DNA of 64,000 bases from Gemmatimonadota bacterium. Lineage in GTDB: Bacteria; Gemmatimonadota; Gemmatimonadetes; Palauibacterales; Palauibacteraceae. The DNA lies in the NCBI GenBank assembly GCA_965116475.1, contig OZ220691.1:2496001-2560000 (forward strand). Reading direction: 5' to 3'. Each line of letters starts with the position of its first letter. Positions within the stretch are counted from its first letter, which is position 1. This document shows, piece by piece, positions 49,995 through 58,135 of this stretch. Position numbers and translations under genes: made by a program. The notes beneath the pieces are model-generated. The model had not been told where the DNA came from. It saw only the letters and a list, made by a program, of their open reading frames with translations, and made no database searches.

Positions 49995-50122
49995 GCGTTC
50001 GGGATCGGGAAGTGTCAGAAAACGCGGACTTCGGACGTTTCCTCGTTGTGTGGCGGTCATCCGCCACGCTGGTGTAACTTCCGTCTACGAAGACGGTCCC
50101 AAGCGAGAATACAGAGGCGTAC

Positions 50123-50323
50123 ATGAGACTGAGAGCCACGCACTTCCTGGCGACATGCGCCGTCCTGATCGGTCTGGTCGGTGTGTCCGCGACCGGGTGT
50201 TTGGATCTCACCGTCGGGCCCACGGTTCCGGCCGTCGACTCGACGGAGGACACCGCACTCGATGAGCCGGGCAACACGAATCCGGGCAACAGCATCGTCC
50301 CGGCCCTCCCGGAGAGCCGCTAG
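50123..50323 (+). CDS. Small putative lipoprotein (66 aa)
   Basis: GAGG RBS; basic N-terminus, hydrophobic stretch and SATGC lipobox; acidic/Pro-rich mature part. Confidence 0.55.
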   Translation: MRLRATHFLATCAVLIGLVGVSATGCLDLTVGPTVPAVDSTEDTALDEPGNTNPGNSIVPALPESR

Positions 50324-50345
50324 CCGTCCGGGCGCCCGGCGCGCC

Positions 50346-50903
50346 TTGACGGGGCCCGGCGGACCATCCGCCGCCGTCGATGCCTCGCTGCGGGCCGTGG
50401 CCCTGGGGATGGGATCGAATCTGGGCGCTCGCATCGACCACCTGCGCGCCGCCGCGGGGCGCCTGGCGAAGTCGGTGCTGGTTGAGCCCCGGTTCTCCAG
50501 GGTCTATGAGACGGCGCCCGCGTACGGTCTGGACCAGCCCGCCTACCTGAACGCCTGTTGCGTCGGCTGGACCCGTCTCGGGCCCGACGCCCTGCTCGCC
50601 TCGCTCAAGGACCTCGAGTCGCAGGCGGGCCGCGATCTCGACGCGCCGAGATACTCCTCCCGCCCGCTCGATCTCGATATCCTTCTCTACGCGAACGAAG
50701 TCGTCGAGACACCGCACCTCGCGATTCCGCACGCCGCGCTCGCGGAGCGGGCCTTCGTGCTCCTTCCGCTGGCGGAGGTCGCCGGCGCCTGGCGGCATCC
50801 CGCGCTCCGGCGCTCGATCGCGGAGTTGGCGGCTGCTGTGGACCCGATGGGCGTCACGGTCACGGAGCTGTGCCTGACGGAGGCTGCCGATGGAGGCTCA
50901 TGA
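50346..50903 (+). CDS. folK: 2-amino-4-hydroxy-6-hydroxymethyldihydropteridine diphosphokinase; start uncertain
   Basis: LGMGSNLG, SRVYET, YLN, RPLDLDIL, IPH and RAFVLLPL. Confidence 0.92.
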   Translation: MTGPGGPSAAVDASLRAVALGMGSNLGARIDHLRAAAGRLAKSVLVEPRFSRVYETAPAYGLDQPAYLNACCVGWTRLGPDALLASLKDLESQAGRDLDAPRYSSRPLDLDILLYANEVVETPHLAIPHAALAERAFVLLPLAEVAGAWRHPALRRSIAELAAAVDPMGVTVTELCLTEAADGGS

Positions 50904-52027
50904 GCCGTAGGACGCTGGAGGTCCGGACCGCGGGGGGCGGGAGCTACCCGATTCACATCGAACCGGGCCTGCTCGGCGACGCGGCGTCCGTCTGCCGGGA
51001 GTACGCGCCGGCGCACCGATACGCCGTGATCGCGGATTCGCAGGTCGCGCGGCTCTACGGCGCCGGTGTCGTCTCCCGCCTGGAGGATGCCGGCCTCGCC
51101 GCCGCTCTGTTCCCGTTTCCGGCGGGCGAGTGGAACAAGAACCGGGAGCAGTGGGCCGCATTGAGCGATCGCATGCTTCACGCGCGCTTCGGTCGCGACT
51201 CGGCCGTCGTCGCCCTCGGAGGCGGGGTCGCGGGCGATCTGGCCGGTTTCGTCGCGGCCACGTACATGCGCGGCCTTCCCGTCATTCAGATTCCCACGAC
51301 GCTCCTGGCCATGCTGGACAGTTCCGTGGGTGGAAAGACGGGGGTGGACACCGAGGCGGGGAAGAACCTGATCGGGGCGTTCCATCACCCATCGGCCGTG
51401 CTCGTCGATCCTGCCGTGCTCGAGACACTGCCGCGGCACCAGCGCTGCGCCGGGCTGGCGGAGGCCGTGAAGACGGCGGCGATTCTCGATGTGGAACTCT
51501 GGGATTGGATGGTGCGGGGGTCTTCGGCGCTGTCGAGCGGCGACCCGGAGGCATCGTCGGAGCTCATCGAGCGCGTCGTGCGGCACAAGGCGGCGGTCGT
51601 CGGCGACGACCCGCTGGAACGCGGCCGCCGCGAGATCCTGAATTTCGGACACACCGTCGGCCACGCGCTGGAAGCTCTCGAGGGCTACAAGCTCCTCCAC
51701 GGCGAGGCCGTCGCCGCGGGCATGCGCGTCGAATCGCGTCTCGGAGAACTGCTCGGGATCACCGAGCGCGGCACCTCCGAACAACTCGCCGTACTGCTGG
51801 AGGCGTGCGGGCTCGGCGGCGACTGGGAGACGGACCGCCAGCCAACCGAGATTCGCGAAGCGATGTCGAAGGACAAGAAGGCACGTCTGGACCGGATCCG
51901 CTGCGTGTTCCTGTCGCGCCTCGGCGAAGTAGCCACCGACGCGGAGGGGCGACACAGCTTCGGTCTCGGCGAGGAAGACCTCGGACAACCTCTCGCGACG
52001 GCTTTACGGCCGGCCCCGGGGGGTTGA
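50900..52027 (+). CDS. aroB: 3-dehydroquinate synthase
   Basis: GGGVAGDLAGF, PTTLLAMLDSSVGGKTG, KNLIGAF, NFGHTVGH and HGEAV. Confidence 0.96.
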   Translation: MSRRTLEVRTAGGGSYPIHIEPGLLGDAASVCREYAPAHRYAVIADSQVARLYGAGVVSRLEDAGLAAALFPFPAGEWNKNREQWAALSDRMLHARFGRDSAVVALGGGVAGDLAGFVAATYMRGLPVIQIPTTLLAMLDSSVGGKTGVDTEAGKNLIGAFHHPSAVLVDPAVLETLPRHQRCAGLAEAVKTAAILDVELWDWMVRGSSALSSGDPEASSELIERVVRHKAAVVGDDPLERGRREILNFGHTVGHALEALEGYKLLHGEAVAAGMRVESRLGELLGITERGTSEQLAVLLEACGLGGDWETDRQPTEIREAMSKDKKARLDRIRCVFLSRLGEVATDAEGRHSFGLGEEDLGQPLATALRPAPGG

Positions 52028-52029
52028 AA

Positions 52030-53637
52030 TTGTCGGAAGTGATCCCAGCCGAACCGTCACCGACCTCCACGCTCAGCGTCGCCGGTCTCTTCGCCCGGCA
52101 CGCGGAGTTGAGCCCGCACGCGCCCTGCATATGGGCGGGGGGCGGATCGTGGAGCTATTCCCGCGTCGCCGCGCAGGCGCGCGCCCTCGCGGCGGGGCTT
52201 CACAACCTGGGCGTCGAGCCGGGCGACCGCGTCGCGGTCCAGCTGCCCAACTGGCCCGAATTCGTCGTCTCCACCCTCGCGGTCGCGGAAGCGGGCGCCG
52301 TCCTCGTGCCCATCAGTCCGAACTGTTCGCCGCGCGAACTGCGCTTCACGCTGCGGAACTCCGAGGCGGCCGTCGCGATCACGGCGGAGAACTGGAACGG
52401 GGTGGACTATCTGCAGCGTTTCGAGAACCTCCTCGCCCGGCTGCCGGACCTTCAGTACGTGGTGACGGTCGGAGACGAGGATCTCTGGTACGACGACCGG
52501 ATCTTCCAGTTCGAAGACCTCGTCGCGAGCGGCCGCGGTCGGGAAGTCCCCCCGGCGGAGGTGGACCCGCGCCGGGATCCCTGCGCCATTCTGTACACGC
52601 CCGGGACCACGGGGGCCCCGAAGGGGGTCGTCCTCACGCACGACAACCTGGTGCGGACCGCCCTCGCGACGGCCGCGCGGCTGGAGTTGGACGGCGAGGA
52701 TCGAACGCTGTGCATCGTCCCGCTGCCGAACATCTTCGGGCTCACCGCGCTGCTCACGACGCTCGGCACCGGAGGAGCGCTGGTGCTGCAGGAGACCTTC
52801 GACGCGACCGGTGCGCTCGCGCTCGCGCGGGAGTACGAGGCCACGGTCGTTCACGGCGTCCCCACCATGTTCGTGATGCTGCTGCGGGCGCTGGAGCAGG
52901 GCAGGGCCCGGCCCGACGCGCTGCGCACCGGGGTCATCGCGGGCGCCCCGGTAGGCGAGGATCTCGTGCGTGACGTGCGCCGTCGCCTGATTCCGGATCT
53001 CGAGAGCGCCTACGGCCTCACCGAGACCTCCCCCACGGTGTCGATCACGACCCGGTCGGATCCCGAGCCGAAGCGGGCCCACACGGTGGGTCGCCCGCTC
53101 GATGGGGTCGAGCTCCGGGTGCTTGACGAAGCCGACGCGGAACTCCCCGACGAGTCGGTGGGTGAACTCGCCGTGCGTGGTTTCAACGTGATGCAGGGGT
53201 ACTTCCGTCAGCCCGGCCAGACCCGAAAGACCATGACGCAGGACGGCTTCCTGAAGACCGGTGACCTTGCGATGGTGGACCCCGAGGGTTACCTGCATAT
53301 CGTCGGTCGCCTGAGCGACGTGATTCTTCGCGGGGGCAACAGCGTACATCCCGCGGAGATCGAAGCGCAGCTCCGGTCCCACCCTGCGGTGGAAGAAGCG
53401 GTGGTTCTCGGGATCCCCAACGACGTGCTGGGTGAACTCATCTGCGCCTGCGTAGTCACCGCCGAAGGGGCCTTGATCACGGCCGACGAAATCCGCGATT
53501 TCTGCCACGAGTCTCTGGCAGAGCACAGAGTGCCGGATCTCATTCACTTCCTGGATGAGCTTCCGGAGGCTTCCAGCGCACAAGCGCGCCGGGTGAATCT
53601 GGCCCGCATCGTGCGCGCCGAGGCCGAACAGACCTGA
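52030..53637 (+). CDS. ANL-family (acyl-CoA ligase-like) AMP-binding protein with degenerate motifs
   Basis: GDRVAVQLPN, YTPGTTGAPKG, AYGLTET, GFLKTGDL and VGRLSD. Confidence 0.88.
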   Translation: MSEVIPAEPSPTSTLSVAGLFARHAELSPHAPCIWAGGGSWSYSRVAAQARALAAGLHNLGVEPGDRVAVQLPNWPEFVVSTLAVAEAGAVLVPISPNCSPRELRFTLRNSEAAVAITAENWNGVDYLQRFENLLARLPDLQYVVTVGDEDLWYDDRIFQFEDLVASGRGREVPPAEVDPRRDPCAILYTPGTTGAPKGVVLTHDNLVRTALATAARLELDGEDRTLCIVPLPNIFGLTALLTTLGTGGALVLQETFDATGALALAREYEATVVHGVPTMFVMLLRALEQGRARPDALRTGVIAGAPVGEDLVRDVRRRLIPDLESAYGLTETSPTVSITTRSDPEPKRAHTVGRPLDGVELRVLDEADAELPDESVGELAVRGFNVMQGYFRQPGQTRKTMTQDGFLKTGDLAMVDPEGYLHIVGRLSDVILRGGNSVHPAEIEAQLRSHPAVEEAVVLGIPNDVLGELICACVVTAEGALITADEIRDFCHESLAEHRVPDLIHFLDELPEASSAQARRVNLARIVRAEAEQT

Positions 53638-53793
53638 TCGCCGCGGCGGTCGCCGGGCAAAGCGGCCCGCGACCGGACCGGCGAGAACGCGAACGGCAGT
53701 TCGTAGACCCCTCTCACCATCCCCCCCGCCACCGGGGGCGAGGCAGAGGGGCCTCACCGGGCCCGTTCGCGGCAACGAACGGAACTAGAGGAC

Positions 53794-56058
53794 ATGAACG
53801 ACATGTACACGCGGGCGCCTCACCGGCGTCCCTCCGCCGATATGGCAGACGCCGCGGCGCTTCTCATCGATTTCGACAACGTGACCATGGGGATCCGGTC
53901 CAACCTGGGACAGGAACTCCGAAACTTCCTCGATTCGGACATCATTCGCGGCAAGGTGGCCGTGCAGCGGGCGTACGCGGACTGGCGGCGCTATCCCCAG
54001 TACATCGTGCCGCTCTCCGAGTCCTCCGTCGATCTCATCTTCGCGCCCGCCTACGGGTCGTCGAAGAAGAACGCCACCGATATCCGACTCGCGATCGACG
54101 CGCTCGAACTGGTGTTCATACGCCCCGAGATCGGGACCTTCATCCTCCTCTCGGGGGACTCCGACTTTTCGAGCCTCGTGCTGAAGCTGAAGGAGTACGG
54201 GAAGTACGTGATCGGCGTGGGGCTCCAGGAGTCCACCTCGGACATCCTCGTCCAGAACTGCGACGAGTACTACAGCTACAACCGGCTGTCCGGGCTCACG
54301 GCGGCCGACGAACTCCAGACGGAGAAGCACGACCCGTGGGAGTTGACGAGCAGGGCCGTGGCGCGCATGGCCGAGCGCGGCGACGTCATGCGGTCGGACC
54401 GCCTGAAGCAGGTGATGCTGGAGATGGATCCGGGCTTCGACGAGAAGACCGCCGGGTTCTCCCGGTTCAATCGGTTTCTGAGTGAAGCGGCCAAGCGCGA
54501 TCGAATCGTGCTTCAGAAGCGGGAAAACGGCCAGTACGATGTCGGGCTGCCGTCCGGCGCCGCGTCGGCGGCGGCGAGCGGCGGCACGGTATCCTCCAGG
54601 GGGGAGACCTCGACGGCCGGGAGCCGCGGTCGGCGCGGCCGTCGCGGAGGCTCCGGCCGTGGGCGCGGCCGCGCCTCCGCCCCGAAGACCTCGGAAGGGC
54701 GCGCACCCGCCAAGACCGAAAAACCATCGGCGAAGACGACCGCGAAGGCGGTGGACTCTTCGGCGGCTGCCCTCGAAAGGGCCTACGAAGCGCTGAAGCG
54801 GGCGGTGGCCGAACTCTCGCGGGACGGAGCCCCGGTCCGCGATTCCATGGCCAAGCGCAAGCTGCTGCAGCACGACGGCACCTTCGATGAAGGCAGCGTC
54901 GGCTTCAGCAAGTTCAGCCTGTTCCTGCGGGCGGCGCACGACGCCGGCGTCGTGCGGATGTCGCGGCATGACGACGGCAATCACTATCTGACCGTCGTGG
55001 ACGCGCCGGCCGCGCCCGCGCGCAAGGCGGCGTCGGAGCCGGCCGGAAGCTCGGACGAGGCGGGTGGACGGTCCCCCCTGTCCGCTGCGGCGAGGGCCGC
55101 GCGCAAGACGCTCGGCCGCTTCCGGCGAGGGCCGGCACCCCGCAGCGAGGCGGCGCCCTCCAGCAAGCCGGCGCCCTCCAGCAAGCCGGCATCCCGCAGC
55201 GAAGCGGCGTCCCCGAGCAAGCCGGCGCCCCGCAAGCCGGCGCCCCGGAGCCAACCGGCGTCCCGGCGTGCCCCAGCGTCTCCGGCGGCCGGTGCGGACG
55301 CGCAGCGTCAGCCAAAAAAGCCGGCTCAGCAGCGGAAGGCGGAGCCGCCTCGGTCCGAACGTGGCGGTAAGGACGCGTCCGGCGCGCAGGGGGCGAAGGC
55401 AGCCGCGAAGGGCCGGTCGGATCAGCGTCAGGCGGATCGGCGCCGGCCCGATGAGCGCGGTGGCCGGCCCGCGGAGCGCCGCGGCCAGCCGAAGGCGCGG
55501 GAAGCGCGCGCCTCGGAGCCGGGTCGCGAGAAGGCGGCGCCGAAGAGGGAGCCGGCGGCGTCGGCGCCGAAGCCCGAGCCGAAAGCCCGGGACAGCCAGC
55601 CCAGCGCCCGCGAGACGACGCCTTCCCGGCGAACGCTCGGGCGCTACCGGTCGGGGTCGCGCGGGCGGACGGCGGCGCCAGGCGCGGCGAAGCAGGCGGG
55701 CGCTCCCCGTATCGGCCCGGTCGCCGACGAGGAACCGGCCAAGGGGGAGACGAAGAAGGAAGCGGCGCGCGCCGACGCTCCGACTCGCGGCAGGCCGGCG
55801 GCCAAAGAGGCGGGAAGGGCCGGCAAGGCATCCCGCGGAACCGCGAAGCCGGCCGCGAAGTCGGCTGGAGGGCCCATCGGGCACATGGTCCGCAACTATG
55901 CGGGCGTCGGGAAGCGGACGGCGGAGGTGCTCTTCGACCATTTCGGCGACCGCGTGTTCGAGGTCATAGACTCCGAGCCGGCGCGCCTGACCGAAGTACT
56001 CTCGGAAGGTCGGGCGAAAGTGGTTCGCGAGGCCCGGCGCGCAGAGCTGGACAGCTGA
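53794..56058 (+). CDS. NYN (LabA/DUF88) ribonuclease-like protein with OST-HTH/LOTUS domains, a long disordered region and a C-terminal HhH-like module
   Basis: IDFDN, KNATDIRLAID and SGDSDF; two xFDExxxGFSxFxxFL motifs; C-terminal GVGKRTAEVLFDHFG. Confidence 0.85.
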   Translation: MNDMYTRAPHRRPSADMADAAALLIDFDNVTMGIRSNLGQELRNFLDSDIIRGKVAVQRAYADWRRYPQYIVPLSESSVDLIFAPAYGSSKKNATDIRLAIDALELVFIRPEIGTFILLSGDSDFSSLVLKLKEYGKYVIGVGLQESTSDILVQNCDEYYSYNRLSGLTAADELQTEKHDPWELTSRAVARMAERGDVMRSDRLKQVMLEMDPGFDEKTAGFSRFNRFLSEAAKRDRIVLQKRENGQYDVGLPSGAASAAASGGTVSSRGETSTAGSRGRRGRRGGSGRGRGRASAPKTSEGRAPAKTEKPSAKTTAKAVDSSAAALERAYEALKRAVAELSRDGAPVRDSMAKRKLLQHDGTFDEGSVGFSKFSLFLRAAHDAGVVRMSRHDDGNHYLTVVDAPAAPARKAASEPAGSSDEAGGRSPLSAAARAARKTLGRFRRGPAPRSEAAPSSKPAPSSKPASRSEAASPSKPAPRKPAPRSQPASRRAPASPAAGADAQRQPKKPAQQRKAEPPRSERGGKDASGAQGAKAAAKGRSDQRQADRRRPDERGGRPAERRGQPKAREARASEPGREKAAPKREPAASAPKPEPKARDSQPSARETTPSRRTLGRYRSGSRGRTAAPGAAKQAGAPRIGPVADEEPAKGETKKEAARADAPTRGRPAAKEAGRAGKASRGTAKPAAKSAGGPIGHMVRNYAGVGKRTAEVLFDHFGDRVFEVIDSEPARLTEVLSEGRAKVVREARRAELDS
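55138..55250 (+). repeat. In-frame 18-bp tandem repeats encoding APSSKP-like units
   Basis: CGGCGCCCTCCAGCAAGC occurs twice exactly (55151-55186), plus degenerate copies. Confidence 0.8.
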
Positions 56059-56660
56059 ACGACCCGACCGGCCCGGATCCCGCATCCGGACCGATCGGCG
56101 CCGACTTTCTTTCCCGCCCCGCCGTGGAGGTGGCGCGGGCGCTGCTCGGGTGCACGGTGCGTTCCGATTGCGCCGGCGAGCGGACGGTCGGCCGGATCGT
56201 CGAGACGGAAGCCTACACCGGGCCCGAGGACGACGCCTGCCATGCGGCGGAGCGGATCGGCCGCACCGCGCGGAACGCGCCGCTGTTCGGACCTCCGGGC
56301 ACCGCGTACATCCACCGCAACTACGGCATCCACTGGCTGCTGAACGTGGTCACGGGACCGGAGGGCTTTCCGGCCGGCGTCCTCCTGCGCGCGGTGGAGC
56401 CCACCGATGGTCTCGCGGTCATGCGCCGCCGCCGCGGCCGCGCCGAACTCACCAACGGTCCGGCCCGACTCGCCCAGGCGCTCGGGGTGGGCCCCGAGAT
56501 GCAGGGGCATCGGCTCGATCATCCTCCGCTCTCCCTGCATTGGGGAGAGCCTGTCCCGGAGGCGGCCGTCCGGGTCACGACGCGGATCGGGATCTCGCGC
56601 GCGGCAGACCGACCCCTCAGGTTCTACGATCGACGGAGCCGCTGGGTCTCGAAGCGCTGA
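56055..56660 (+). CDS. mpg: 3-methyladenine DNA glycosylase (AAG/MPG family); start CTG 56055 or GTG 56124
   Basis: VARALLG, GRIVETEAY, PGTAYIHRNYG, VLLRAVEP, NGPARL and RIGIS. Confidence 0.93.
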   Translation: MNDPTGPDPASGPIGADFLSRPAVEVARALLGCTVRSDCAGERTVGRIVETEAYTGPEDDACHAAERIGRTARNAPLFGPPGTAYIHRNYGIHWLLNVVTGPEGFPAGVLLRAVEPTDGLAVMRRRRGRAELTNGPARLAQALGVGPEMQGHRLDHPPLSLHWGEPVPEAAVRVTTRIGISRAADRPLRFYDRRSRWVSKR

Positions 56661-56698
56661 GTCGCCGCCACGGGCCGCTAAACGCCGGGAGGACGTGA

Positions 56699-58135
56699 AT
56701 GGCCGAAATCGCTCTGCAGGAAGTCACGACGTACGGCTTCGCTTCGCTTCTCCCACCGCTGCTGGCCATCGGGCTCGCGATCTACACGCGCCAGGTCTTC
56801 CTCTCCCTGGCGGCCGGCATCTGGCTCGGACACACGATTCTCTCCGGCTGGAACCCGGCCGCGGGCGCCGCGGGGGCGATCGACGGCGCGATCGGGGTAT
56901 TGGGCGACGCGGGCAACGCGCGGGTGATCGTCTTCACGTTCCTCATCGGCGCCCTCATCGCCACGGTGGAGGCGAACGGCGGCATGCGGGGCTTCGTGCG
57001 CTGGGTCGAGGAGGCCCGGTGGGTGACGAACGCCCGGCGCGCGCAGATCATGGCCTGGCTGATCGGGATCGTCGTCTTCATCGAATCGAATCTCACCATC
57101 CTCGTCGCGGGCTCCGTGTCGCGGCCTCTCTTCGACCGCTTCCGGATCTCGCGGGAGAAGCTGGCCTACATCGTCGACTCGACCTCGGCGCCCGTCTGCA
57201 TCCTCATCCCGTTCAACGCGTGGGGCGCGCTGGTGCTGGGAATCCTGACCGAGCAGGGCGTGGGCAATCCGCTCGGCGTCTTCCTCCTCGCGATTCCGCT
57301 CAACCTCTACGCCGTCGCGGCCCTCATCCTCGCGGGCCTGACCGCTTTCCGGGGCTGGAACTGGGGTCCGATGAAGAAGGCCGAGGCGCGCACGCGGGAC
57401 GGGCGGCTCCACTGGGACCACGCCGTGGCGCTCGCGGACCCGGACGAGATCGCGCCGCCGCCGGCCGAGGGCGTCGCGCTCAAGCCGCGCAACATGCTGG
57501 TCCCGATCGCGGCCATGGTCGTCTCCATGCCCGTCTTCATGTGGGTCACGGGCGGGGGGACGATCGCGGAAGGTTCCGGCACGACGAGTGTGCTGTGGGC
57601 GGTGCTGGCAGGGCTGGCGCTCGCCTGGCTCCTCGCCCTGGGCCAGCGCTCTCTCGACCTCGAGGCGTTGAGCCGCGTCGGCCTCAAGGGAGCGGGCGCC
57701 CTGACCGGAATGGCGGTCGTGCTCTGGCTCGCGCTCTCGCTGGGTGACGTGACGGGGTCGCTGGGGACGGGGCTCTATGCGGCGGGCATCGTCGGAGACA
57801 CCTTCCCGCTCATGGCGCTGCTGCCGCTGGTCTTCGTCGTCACGGGCGGGATCGCCTTCGCTACGGGGAGCAGTTGGGGCACCTTCGCGATCATGCTCGC
57901 GGTGGCCATTCCGCTTGCGAACGCGCTTGGGCTGCCGCCCGCGCCGTTCGTGGCGGCGGTGCTGTCGGGCGGCATCTTCGGCGACCACTGCAGCCCGATC
58001 AGCGATACGACCATCATCGCCTCCCTCGCGTCGGCCACCGATCACATCGAGCACGTCCGCACGCAGATTCCGTATGCGCTCGTCGCGGGAGGGATCGCGA
58101 CCGCGGGCTTCGCCGTCGTCGGGGCGCTGATGTGA
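56699..58135 (+). CDS. NhaC-family antiporter / amino acid transporter
   Basis: SLLPPLLAI, SREKLAYIVDSTSAP, FATGSSWGT, GDHCSPISDTT and HVRTQIPYA. Confidence 0.9.
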   Translation: MAEIALQEVTTYGFASLLPPLLAIGLAIYTRQVFLSLAAGIWLGHTILSGWNPAAGAAGAIDGAIGVLGDAGNARVIVFTFLIGALIATVEANGGMRGFVRWVEEARWVTNARRAQIMAWLIGIVVFIESNLTILVAGSVSRPLFDRFRISREKLAYIVDSTSAPVCILIPFNAWGALVLGILTEQGVGNPLGVFLLAIPLNLYAVAALILAGLTAFRGWNWGPMKKAEARTRDGRLHWDHAVALADPDEIAPPPAEGVALKPRNMLVPIAAMVVSMPVFMWVTGGGTIAEGSGTTSVLWAVLAGLALAWLLALGQRSLDLEALSRVGLKGAGALTGMAVVLWLALSLGDVTGSLGTGLYAAGIVGDTFPLMALLPLVFVVTGGIAFATGSSWGTFAIMLAVAIPLANALGLPPAPFVAAVLSGGIFGDHCSPISDTTIIASLASATDHIEHVRTQIPYALVAGGIATAGFAVVGALM

